From Macrostomum lignano (Eukaryota): 45,042 nt of DNA. The stretch spans positions 1-45,042 of the forward strand of contig NIVC01004458.1 of NCBI GenBank assembly GCA_002269645.1, read 5' to 3'. The notes beneath the pieces are model-generated. The model ran no database searches and had not been told where the DNA came from. It worked only from the letters and a program-made list of their open reading frames with translations. Position numbers and translations under genes: made by a program. Positions 21,201 to 30,929 of the stretch are shown here, piece by piece. Numbering within the stretch: position 1 is the stretch's first letter; every line of letters starts with the position of its first letter.

Positions 21201-21942
21201 TAACATGTTGGCGACGGTCGTAGCGGAAAGCCAGGACGACTGGGATGTACAGCTGCCTTTTGTCACATGGGCATTCAACAGCTCTGCGCACTGTACAACT
21301 GGTCTGTCTCCGTTTCAAGTGCTACACGGTTGGCCACCAAGACTGCCGCTTGATGTCAAGCTGCCGCACACCAACAGCGGCGCTTCGGATACTCTGGACT
21401 ACGTCGAGGATGTTCAGAAACGGCTTTTGCAGAGTCGGAGGCTCGTCCACCAGAAGCTTCAGAGCGCGCAGACTGAGAGAAACGAACGATACAACAAGGA
21501 CGTGCGGTTTCAGCCCTACAACCCAGGCGATCTGGTCATGCTAAGCTGCAAGACGGTGAAGCCTGGTCGCTCCAAGAGCCTCAGCAACCGCTGGACGGGG
21601 CCCTACGTCGTTCTCAAGCGGCTGGGTGAGGTCAACTATCGAGTGCGGCTGGCACCTGGCCTAGCGGTTCGGCGGCGTCGCAAGCTCGTGGTGCACCATG
21701 ACCGCCTCAAGCCATTCGTGAAGCGGCGCGGCTCTCTGCAACTGACCGATGAGCAGCAGCCGGCTCCGGCTACCAGCACCAGTCCTGAGCAGCTGGGTGT
21801 GCCTGACGCCTGGGCTCAGCTGTCAGGCGGCAATGACGATGACGACGGCGACACCGAAGCAGCAATCGACCCGGTCGTCCCACAAGCGCTAAGACGTTCG
21901 GTACGACAGCGGAGGCCTCCTGATTTTTATCGCCCTGAGTGA
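18265..21942 (+). CDS. pol: Element A Pol: aspartic protease, RT, RNase H, integrase (uninterrupted; made as a Gag-Pol fusion)
   Basis: Protease FLLDTGAQTS; RT YVDD; RNase H CDAS..AVGAVL and TDHQPL; integrase HHCC (H..GHLG..C..C), DDE core (IDIKG, SDQG, NGLVERGNR), GPY and terminal RRSVRQRRPPDFY. Domain order is that of Ty3/Gypsy. Confidence 0.97.
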   Translation, partial: SPAGGKLLRVGSDGPAPTRQVSAQTAHSVFVRALLQEKPVCFLLDTGAQTSLISHSLMRSCGLQLESGSSCCPTSVDGSRLQCLGTARGTVQVGETTRLDHVFNVVEGISVDLILGMDFIGRATSELRININNKTVFFNDEAVPFFTNSSKIQMVTGTLVARIECNINVPARSEKLVWLRVKSKDEQGVFEPNVEFTQETGLLASRVLALSADQRIPVLMCNLGSEAVTLYANKAVGEFEAADVLEPVGNVKEKLKNWDVNPELTELERDKLMTILKANDDLFSTHEFDLGSTSVLKHHIELEPGARPFRQRQRPLPLPLRDRVDDKIGQMLAHDIIEPSSSPWASNLIVVKKKNGDIRICTDWRQLNAATVKDAYPLPHLQQSMDALSGCSWFTTIDCKQGFNQVEVEEADRYKTAFYSTRGLMQFKKMGFGMCNSPATFQRLMELIMSGLTWEEVLVYVDDLIVFSKSFDQHLVSLRRVFERLRSAGLKLNKEKSVFAYRSVKYLGHVVSSEGIQPDPSKVEALSKIKTPSSAEEVRRFIGMLGFYRRFIQDFSRIAAPLHAATQKTGFTWTDECESAFTKLKERICQAPVLRLPDFSRPFILSCDASAFAVGAVLSQAHGDSELPVAFASRTLNKAERNYSATDRELLALVWSLKHFRSYLCNVKHFTAFTDHQPLKGLLQTKEPEGRLARWLDTIQQFNFTLCYRPGRENVVPDMLSRTATTQLDSSRDQDFLEEQQRDALLQSVFKALTEGREHLSNSGQQKVEEFLGDDGIEIGPHGALVRQGKPVVPSHLRAEFLADAHDAAASGHLGADRTLQKLRERCWWPKMQQDVQNWVASCAACLRRKNNSRPQRAPLQSTAQPARPWETVQIDIKGPLPRTPRDNSYILSICDCFSKWMETRALPSIEAERVADVLVHQVALRHGVPDTIHSDQGRQFESQLFQSLCEQLGMRKTRTSPFHPSGNGLVERGNRTLGNMLATVVAESQDDWDVQLPFVTWAFNSSAHCTTGLSPFQVLHGWPPRLPLDVKLPHTNSGASDTLDYVEDVQKRLLQSRRLVHQKLQSAQTERNERYNKDVRFQPYNPGDLVMLSCKTVKPGRSKSLSNRWTGPYVVLKRLGEVNYRVRLAPGLAVRRRRKLVVHHDRLKPFVKRRGSLQLTDEQQPAPATSTSPEQLGVPDAWAQLSGGNDDDDGDTEAAIDPVVPQALRRSVRQRRPPDFYRPE
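18277..18319 (+). promoter_or_regulatory. -1 programmed ribosomal frameshift signal: G_GGA_AAC slippery heptamer, 6-nt spacer, GGGTTGG/CCAACCC stem
   Basis: The heptamer (18277..18283) is in gag frame. The -1 frame is open from 18265 into pol. Stem arms are at 18290..18296 and 18313..18319. Confidence 0.75.
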
Positions 21943-21999
21943 ACCTTTTTTTGAACTTTTGCCATAGAGTTTTATTCCTCGTGCTTGGGGGGAAAGTGG

Positions 22000-22190
22000 T
22001 GTGAGTTTTGGTGTTCGTTGTGTTGGCTGTTTTGGGGGTTGGCCTGCGCTGGGGAGTTGGGCACGCTTTTATTCACCTGAACCTATATCGATCGGAATGT
22101 ACGCGCGTACATAGTGAATGACAAATATATATATCGACTAACTTGGCCTTTGAGCCCTCGTTCTGATTTTCTCGCAATTCTGGTCTTACA
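22000..22190 (+). repeat. Element A 3' LTR (191 bp)
   Basis: Follows the PPT, with TGTGAG...CTTACA termini. Contains the perfect 16-bp palindrome ATGTACGCGCGTACAT (22097..22112). Confidence 0.85.
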
Positions 22191-22410
22191 ATAGATAATT
22201 ATCCGGGCGCTCAGTGGCACCAAAAGAGGGGTTGGCCAATAGGAGGGCGGCTCGTATATTTATGCACGCGGGGAAGGAAAGTTCTAGAAAGACCGGGGAA
22301 GGAAACTTCTGGAACTATGCGTAAACAAGTCCGCGGTGGAAGTTTCTAGAAACGCTGTCCCCGAACTACGAACTACCCCTACGCATCGCATGCCTTTGCA
22401 ATACACAACA
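22191..22410 (-). repeat. Main part of element B 3' LTR
   Basis: Identical by eye to 24615..24834. Confidence 0.95.
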
Positions 22411-22458
22411 TTCTTCCCCTCCTTCAAGGAGTCCAACAGTCCCCAAGCTTCACTTTAA

Positions 22459-23189
22459 TCAGTCCCAGCGGCAGTTCATGTAGCGTATCGGCGGGTGCCT
22501 GGCTCGCTCAGATCGGCGGGGCGCTGCTGTTCTTGCCGGAGGCTCCGCCGCCGGTGCCGCCGTGCCGGCTCCGGTCGTTGGCGCCGAGTCCACCAGTGGG
22601 TCGAACCGCTCTCTCGGCTGCGCCGGGTGCGGCGTTCGGATCAGCCGCTGCTGGTTCCATCTGGTGCCGTCGCTGAGCTCGACCGCGTGGTGTCCCGCCT
22701 GACGGAGCACTTGTAGTGGCCGTGAGAGGCGGGTACCCAGCTTGCCCTTCTTGGTGGGCCGTCGGATTCTCACCCAATCGCCGGGGTGGAACGTCTCGGG
22801 GCGGGCCCTTCGTCTGGCATCGGTGTAGGCCTTGATCCGCTGCTGCCGCGCCTCGATTTGCTGCCGCAGTGCCTGAGGCGTCGCCTCGGTCGTTGTCATT
22901 CCCCCTCCGGGAGACAGCATGGTGATCGCGGTGCGCCACTTCCGACCCAGCATGAGCTCGGCCGGTGACTTGCCCGTCAGGCTGTGCTTGGAGCTCCGGT
23001 AGGCAGACAAGAAGTTGGTCACGGCGTCTTGAAACGGCCTGTTCTCCACCATGGCCGCTCTGATGCTGGCGAGCAGCGACCGATTGAGACGCTGCTCCGT
23101 CTGGCCGTTGGTCTGCGGATGGTAGAGGCTGCAGGTCTTGACGTGCCGGATGCCCTGCTCGACCAGGAAGTCCGAGAACTCGCTCGATG
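22459..23189 (-). pseudogene. Element B integrase C-terminal remnant
   Basis: SSEFSDFLVEQGIRHVK..YHPQTNGQTE.RLNRSL, PAELMLGR, FHPGDWVRIR and RRSERARHPPIRY. Out of frame with the upstream gag-protease. Confidence 0.85.
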
Positions 23190-24567
23190 ATGCCGTCCTT
23201 CTCCATCTTGTCGAGTTCGGCACCGACCTGCTCCTGTCGCATGAGGGGCAGGCGGCGGAGTGGCTGCTGGACGGGTCGCACTGCTTGGTCGACCTTGGGC
23301 TGGTGTACAGCGCCGGCGCAGCATCCTATCGCACCGCTGAAGGTCGTTGGGTACCGCGCCTGCAAGTCCGCCGTCAAGTCGCTGACCTCCGCGATTCCGG
23401 GCGGCTGCCCGCTAAGGTCGACTCGGAAGCCCAGCTTCTCCATCAGGTCTCTACCGACGATGTTGTCGCCGCCTGGCGCAACGAAGAACCGGTGCTGCAT
23501 CGCCTTGTCGCCGTAGCGCACCTCCAGCTCGGTGACACCACTTAGCTGGATTGGCAGTCCGCCGTAGGCACGCAGCTTCGTCGTAGTGGGAGAGGTGACT
23601 GCGCCTGAGATCCGGTCGACGGTCTGTCGGGACAGCAGCGACACCCTTGCGCCGCAGTCCACCATCAGGCTGACAGCAGTCCTGTCCGGTCCGAGTTCCA
23701 GCGTCGCCCGGACCTCCCTGTCGCCACCTGGCACTGCGTAGACTGTGATCACCTCGTCCGCGGCATTGACAGCAGCCTGCTGGCTGCGACAGCAACTCCG
23801 GAAGTGGTTCTTCTTGCCACAGGCCTCGCATGTCTTGCCCTTGGCCGGCCAGTGGGTCGTCGGTCCGTGGTCTCGCCCACAGCGCGTGCAGGTGCCGCCG
23901 GGTTTGGCCGTCCTGCCAGCTGGTGCTGGGCGGTGCCTCCCCTTTGCAGCGACCTTCTGGCCCCTCGGCTGTCGGATCGATTGGACGGCTGCCGTGCTCG
24001 AGGTTGATGGCGCCATCGCCTTGGCTTCTTTGGAGGCTTCCTCGATGGAGACCGCGATGCTGAGCGCTTTCGCCAGGTTGAGGTCCTCCACCTTCTCCGT
24101 CAGCAGCCTCTCTCGGATTCTGGGGTTACTGGTCTTCTCAGCCAGCTGGTCTCTGATGAGATCGTCCTGTATCGCGCCGTAGTTGCACAGCTCCGTCAGC
24201 TCCCTCAGGGCTGCCACGAAGGTCTTGACGTCCTCGCCGGGTAGCTGCTGGCGCTGGCGGAAGCGATATCTGGCTACCATCACGTTGGGCTTCTCGCCGA
24301 AAATTTTCTCGAGCTCCGCCTTAGTTGCTGCGAACGTGTCGTTCTCCTTGATTGCTTGGCGTGCTCGAGCAACCCGCTGACCTTCGAACCAAGCAGATGG
24401 AGCAGAAGGCTCCTCTTCAGCGGTTTCGCCTCTTCCTTCCCTTCGGGCTCCTTGAATTGGGCCGCCTCGTAATAAAATTCAAAGGCCTCAATCCATCGGC
24501 TCCATGGTACTGTCGGTGATCCGCAGTTCGCCAGGAAGGGCGTGGGTGCGGGGATGCTAGCCGCCAT
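23177..24567 (-). pseudogene. gag: Element B gag-protease-RT start (one frameshift near 24385; RT truncated)
   Basis: The ATG overlaps the PBS. Motifs: WSRWIEAFEFY..KRSLLLHLLGS, RYRFRQRQQLPGEDVKTFVAALREL..CNYG..IRDQL, CTRCGRDH and CEACGKKNHFRSCC, protease LMVDCGARVSLL, and RT entry LDKMEKDGIIERV. Confidence 0.85.
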
Positions 24568-24578
24568 CCTCGTCGCCA
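24564..24578 (-). other. Primer-binding site TGGCGACGAGGATGG, complementary to the 3' end of tRNA-Ser(GCU)
   Basis: 1 nt from the 5' LTR. The + strand CCATCCTCGTCGCCA equals the 3' end of metazoan tRNA-Ser(GCU) as recalled. Confidence 0.8.
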
Positions 24579-24579
24579 A

Positions 24580-24834
24580 TGTTCTGTTGTTGAATTAACG
24601 AACGCAGAAACAAGATAGATAATTATCCGGGCGCTCAGTGGCACCAAAAGAGGGGTTGGCCAATAGGAGGGCGGCTCGTATATTTATGCACGCGGGGAAG
24701 GAAAGTTCTAGAAAGACCGGGGAAGGAAACTTCTGGAACTATGCGTAAACAAGTCCGCGGTGGAAGTTTCTAGAAACGCTGTCCCCGAACTACGAACTAC
24801 CCCTACGCATCGCATGCCTTTGCAATACACAACA
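24580..24834 (-). repeat. Element B 5' LTR (255 bp)
   Basis: TG..CA termini, adjacent PBS, and TSD AACAT immediately outside. Confidence 0.95.
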
Positions 24835-25815
24835 AACATATTGAATGGTCCTTCGAATCAAATCAAAATATTTATGAAAGAATAGGGAACACATGACAAA
24901 ATTTTAACAGCGCTTACTCTTGGGACAGAAGTATGAATTAGATATGAAGAGATCGAACAGAAGATTCGAGTTAAATGCATGGGGTTTTTGCAAAAAAAAT
25001 AGAGAAAATATGTTTGCAAAAGCTGAGCAAAGGATTAATGCAAAAAAAGGAATTTTTTTGGAAAAACCGAGAAAGTGATTATTGAAAAACTAAGAAACGA
25101 TTAAATCGAGGGCGTCGCCATGGATTTTGTGGTAGGAGAGAGACAAAGCCAAGAATTCCACATTTACATTCCTAGATACATTTTATTTTGAGAATCGGCG
25201 TTGTCAGCGTTTCTTTGACGCCGCAGGCAGCTCATTTTGGTGCTGCAGGCACTCAGTTTTGGCGCTGCAGCTGGGGCTATATATTTTGCCGCCCTGTGAG
25301 GAAAAATAAAATATTTCCAAGGGGTGGGGGACTTCAGAAGGCAACTTTCATCTACTGTACAATTATTCCAGTTCGAAATTAATAACAAATAGAACAGAAA
25401 TTGGTAGAGATTGATATAATTTTCTAGTAAAAAACAGATTGGAACATGCTCTCAAGTTTCGAAATTTATGCATGTACGAGACTATAAAAAACACAGAAAT
25501 TTACAGATCATGCATTGCACTTCTATTACCCTTAGGAACGCTTTCATTTTCACACTAATAAAGCAGCTCGTAGTGTTTAATTTGTTTCTATAGAACCGAC
25601 AAAAGCAAATATTGTCTTTTTAATAAGACGAAATTGCATGTTTAGCGTCTCCGTTAATTATTTTGAGGCTGTTGCATACATACATGTAATTTATTTATGG
25701 ATATTATACTGCGTAAGTGATGAATGTAAGCCCGAACTTGAGCGTTATATATAAGACCATTTGTATTCTTGCACACAAGTAACTCATACAGCTTTTCAGG
25801 ACATTCAATCTGCCC

Positions 25816-25823
25816 TATAAAAG
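25816..25823 (+). promoter_or_regulatory. Candidate TATA box (TATAAAAG) of the IAP gene
   Basis: Perfect consensus about 85 nt upstream of the ATG at 25909. Motif only. Confidence 0.4.
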
Positions 25824-25908
25824 GTAACCATGCCTCAAGTTCACTGTAAAAAAGCCGCGGCCCCGAATAGCAGAAAGCACCCGCGGCCCGTGCGCAACTC
25901 AATTGAAA

Positions 25909-26652
25909 ATGTCAATTCTATCAACGGTGAGTCGGAAAATTCTAATCGACGCCCTGTCGCACATTTCAACCACACTGTCCAACCGCTTGAGCGCCTCGGC
26001 TGAGTCCAACTTGACCATGGACGTTTACGAAGCTCTGACCGCCGCAGTCTTCCTCATGTCAAGCGCGCGTCACCTCGACTTTGTCAGTCGCCTCTCCCGG
26101 CGTCGGTCGTTTGAGCAAGCGAGCTGGAATCAGAGCAGACTGCTGACAATCGATCTAATGGTTGAAAGCGGCTTCTTTGCCACACAGGACGGCGATCACG
26201 TGAAGTGCTTCTTCTGCGACGTCGGTCTGAGAGACTGGGACGCCGACGACTGCCCCGAGCTCGAGCACGTGAAATTCAGTCCTCTGTGCTTCTTTCTGAA
26301 GAGCTCCAGAGGCATGACCTGGCTGCGAGGCTCCAGCTCGGGAAGGAACAACTATCCGTCAGCGTACCTGCGTCAGGATCACAACCAACTGCTAAGGACG
26401 CTGTGGCAGGAGTACAAAGGCAACAAGGCAACTATCGCCAGAGCTGTTGGCTTCAGCGACATTAAGGTTCTATTGTGCGTTTCCAGAAGCTACATCAGAC
26501 TGAATAAACGGCTTAGCATGGAGGAATTAATCAAGGAACTGCAACACGACTGGGACTGCGACTTAGGGGCGTCAGATCCTGACTTAATTGCGGCGCCTTG
26601 CTTTCAAAGTCAGTTTTGCCTGGCGCAGGTGCTCAATGAGTTGTTTAGTTAA
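25909..26652 (+). CDS. Intronless inhibitor-of-apoptosis-like protein: one BIR plus a UBA-like domain, no RING (247 aa)
   Basis: BIR at about 26098..26298: RRRSF..W...GFF....D.VKCFFC-x16-H-x6-C with GLRDW. The UBA-like segment IARAVGFSDIKVLLCVSRSYIRLNKRLSMEELIKEL (about 26425..26541) resembles the A..MGF...V...V....S...L...L pattern of IAP UBA domains. Confidence 0.88.
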   Translation: MSILSTVSRKILIDALSHISTTLSNRLSASAESNLTMDVYEALTAAVFLMSSARHLDFVSRLSRRRSFEQASWNQSRLLTIDLMVESGFFATQDGDHVKCFFCDVGLRDWDADDCPELEHVKFSPLCFFLKSSRGMTWLRGSSSGRNNYPSAYLRQDHNQLLRTLWQEYKGNKATIARAVGFSDIKVLLCVSRSYIRLNKRLSMEELIKELQHDWDCDLGASDPDLIAAPCFQSQFCLAQVLNELFS

Positions 26653-26997
26653 TTGTACTGATTGACAAGTTTTATAGTATTACTGCATAGTAAAAGTACA
26701 AGACCCAATCGCAGGTTCATACGCTCGTACATTGGATCGTTACATCGATGCTGTAAACAAACTATTAATAATTATTTGCTTCTCTGCTTGGCTACATGCC
26801 ATGGCGGGATATAATGACTGGTGCAGAAGTTTCATTTCGATATGTTTTTTATCTGTTTCAGAATTGAACAAGTTATACACTTGTGATTTGTGAAAAGCAA
26901 TGAGCTACATCAGTAATGAAAGCCGAAAGTTCAGTAGTACGCAAAAAGACAGAGAAGGAAATGTATACTAGGGGGGGTTAGAGGAGACAGAATTCAT

Positions 26998-27276
26998 TGG
27001 GAGCTACATCATAAGCTCGAAAAGTCACAACCTCGAAAAGTCACATCGTCGAAAACTGATTTAGCAGCCACCATCATTAGCTCAAAAAGGTTAGGGTTAG
27101 GGTTAGAGCTTGTGACTTTTCGAGCTTGTGACCCCTCGAGCTTGTGACTTTTCGAGCTTGTGACTTTTCGAGCTTGTGACTTTTCGAGCTTGTGACTTTT
27201 CGAGCTTGTGACTTTTCGAGCTTGTGATGGAACCCTGTTTCGACGATGTGATTTTTGAGCTCATGATGGCGACCCA
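26998..27276. mobile_element. MITE-like non-autonomous element with about 40-bp imperfect TIRs, TTAGGG repeats and a 16-bp tandem core
   Basis: The left end TGGGAGCTACATCATAAGCTCGAAAAGTCACA matches the reverse complement of the right end, TGGGTCGCCATCATGAGCTCAAAAATCACATCGTCGAAA. (TTAGGG)2TTAG lies at 27091..27106 and (AGCTTGTGACTTTTCG) x7 at about 27107..27225. No clear TSD. Confidence 0.6.
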
Positions 27277-27515
27277 TTAATTATACACTGGGGGAGGAGG
27301 GGGGTAGCAATTAAGTTAGCGTGTACGTACACAGAAAGGTACAAGAAAAAGGATCGTCGTAAACATTCGCCGAAAAGTTTAGTCTTTTGAGATAAACTAA
27401 CCCAAAATCATTGGTAAACTGCTCCCAGACTTTTAACGAGAGAACAGTGATGAGAGTCTGAGACAAGTACATTGGTCAAGGGGTGTACTCGAGTTGTTCG
27501 CTGCTGGTCAGCCCT

Positions 27516-28699
<1,184 letters not shown>

Positions 28700-29669
28700 T
28701 GTCCTATTAATAATATAATTATTCTGTAGTAGAATATCACTGAGCAGTTTCTATTGCAGTGTGAGTTTGTTCTAGCGCTGTCTGTATGCTAGCATGCAGA
28801 GGTCTAAGTAATATAATATAGGCATTGAGACAGCGGACACCCAACCTCTTTCAGCCAATAAGGCGCATGGGACAGATAGAGGCCGTCATGACTGCACTTA
28901 AACTCAAATTTGCAGCATTTATCACTTCTATACCAGTTCTCAACGCAAGAATTTTAATAGAGATTAAGAAATATGAGCCGAATGAGTTTTAGCTTAGGCA
29001 GACAATAAAATTGGTAGCTCTATGGAGCTATTCAAGCCATTATCTGCAGGTGCACAAACCGAGGCGTCCCGTTAGAAGTGCTGTTCATTACACAGGTACA
29101 GAGTTTGCATCAGAGTGAGTGGGCTATTTTATTCTGACGCAGGATGAAAGCCTTACTCTGGTAGCTTTTGCTGCTTCTCTGCTTAGCGTACATTTGCTTG
29201 CAACTATTCTTCTAGCCCATCTGTACAGAGAACTTGTACTTTTATGGGAGCCAGACAGGACTAAACTGCCCGTACATTGCTGTTACTAATCTGGTTTTAA
29301 ATTTAGTAAGGTATAGGATATAATATAAGGATACAGAGTGACTAAACTTAGTTCTAAACAGAGTAACTAAACTTAGTGGTAACAAAAGTGACTAAACTCA
29401 GTGAAAGTTGGTTAAGTTGGTTAAACTTAACGGATTTAATGGCCGAAATGTTTTAAGAATTTACAGTTATTCACTGTGGAACTGCACAATTTTGTGAGCT
29501 ATAGCATAGCGATCTGGAACCAGAAACTCCAATATCAACTCGATGCGCCTGCACCTCATGCCACAACGGCCCTATAGCTGCGCGGGCCAATTCCTTTAGA
29601 GCTTGGGAAAAAATTGATTGTGTAAGTATTGTATCCGTACACAACGAAAAAATATTTACAATTCTGACT

Positions 29670-30929
29670 CGCCCCCAGCCAGGAGTCGCCAGAATCAAAG
29701 GCCTGGACCAGTTGCGCGGCTCATTCACGGTGAGTAAGGACCTCGGCGTGTGCACCTCTGTGACAGATCTGAAGCGTCACTCTATACCAGTGTGTGATCT
29801 CCTGCTCCGCTCGGAACTGCGCCTTGCTCAACTACAATCGGAAGCAGAGAGCCTGCCAGATTCTGCAGATGTTTCCCACACCGCCCGCGGACAGCAAGGA
29901 CAAGGATAGCTCGGCCGTTTGCACAACTGGTGAAAAGTCGTTGGGAGGCGGGGACGGAGATGAAGTGTGGATGGCCAGAGACTATTACGAGCGCTCAAAC
30001 AGGAGCCGCAGGTGGTCATTTATATCGCCAAAGGAACATTTTACCGTAAGGGTGCATTAATGGTCGTCATTGAGTATCCTAGCCATTTACATCTGCCTAA
30101 TCAAACAACCCCTCCCCTCAGTTCCTTCCGGAGCTCCATCAGTGCAGCTGGCCAGCGTGCCCCAGACCGGCTGCTACCGCATCGAGACCTTCGGAGGGAC
30201 AGGCGGGGCAGTCATGACACTCACTGATAACGTCTTCAACGGAGGTCGCGGTGCGACAGCGCTTGGCTACTTCAACCTCATCCAGGGCGACCTGCTGACC
30301 ATCGTGATTGGACAAAAACCTGTCAATGGTAAAACTGCTACGCTTATATAGCTCTAGTCCACCGAAGTATTTCTTACATCATCCCATTTCAAGATTGAAT
30401 TGATGAAAAAACAATCTTCAAAATTGTCAGTGGCCACGGAATCTACGGACAGCGATAACGTGGGTAGCGGGGCCGCTGGCGGGGCGGCACCTTCGTGTAC
30501 AGGAGCAACGACAGTCGCCTTCTGGTTGCCGCAGGCGGTGGCGGAGGAGCCGCGGTGTTTTTTGACGGTGCGTTGCCATGCCAGTGTGCGCTGCGCATTT
30601 CCAGCCGCAGTTCGCAGCGTCAGCGCCCCACTGCCACGCCTCCTCCTTTCATTCCAGAAGTCGACGGTCAGGCCGGCAGCTGGGCGGGAGGCCAAGGCGA
30701 GATCTCCGGTAGGACGGGCGGCTTCGGAGGCGGCGGCGCTGCCTCTGTCGATGCTGGCGGCGGTGGCGGCGGCTTCAGCGGCGGAGGCGCGGGCTCGACT
30801 CAGCAGGCGGGCGGCGGCGGCGGCGGCTCCTTCTGCTCCGGCAGCGGCTGCAGCGCCACGACGGGCGGCAACACGGTTGACGCCGGCAGAGCCGTCGAGA
30901 CGCCCGTCGGTCAGGAACTGTGCGTCTGA
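29670..30929 (+). CDS. PAN-like + glycine-rich (ALK/LTK-type) domain protein; at least one frameshift, 5' structure unresolved
   Basis: PAN-like SVTLYQCVISCSARNCALLNYNRKQRACQIL (29773..29865). Glycine-rich hallmarks: VQLASVPQTGCYRIETFGGTGG, GGRGA..GYFNLIQGDLLTIVIGQ, GGTFVY..LLVAAGGGGG, GGFGGGG..GGGGGGFSGG..GGGGGSF. A frameshift lies in GGCGGGGCGGC near 30483 and a stop/shift near 29770. Introns are probable at about 30046-30147 and 30329-30430. Confidence 0.65.

Larger units (their letters stand above)
17584..22190 (+). mobile_element. Element A: Ty3/Gypsy LTR retrotransposon, 5'-truncated (no 5' LTR, PBS or gag start), nested in the element B 3' LTR
   Basis: Gag remnant, intact pol, PPT GGGGGGAAAGTGG (21987..21999) and a 191-bp 3' LTR TGTGAG..CTTACA (22000..22190) directly abutting element B LTR sequence. 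Confidence 0.92.
17555..24834 (-). mobile_element. Element B: Mag-type Ty3/Gypsy LTR retrotransposon, internally deleted, 255-bp LTRs, AACAT TSD, 3' LTR interrupted by element A
   Basis: The 5' LTR is 24580..24834 (TG..CA). The 3' LTR is split into 22191..22410 and 17555..17583, identical by eye to the 5' LTR except for 6 missing bp (AACAAG). TSD AACAT lies at 17550..17554 and 24835..24839. The PBS is at 24564..24578 and the PPT at 22411..22424. The element encodes gag with two knuckles, protease and an integrase C-terminus. Confidence 0.92.

Noticed and set aside
21780-21999. env gene or chromodomain in element A
   Set aside because: Only 45 bp separate the pol stop and the PPT, and the integrase tail is acidic/low-complexity with no chromodomain aromatic pattern.
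17584-24579. Element A as the helper supplying RT to element B
   Set aside because: They have different LTRs and gag types, and A has lost its promoter. A full-length B relative elsewhere is the simpler helper.
27091-27106. Telomere or chromosome-fusion scar
   Set aside because: Fewer than three TTAGGG units, embedded in a TIR-bounded element.
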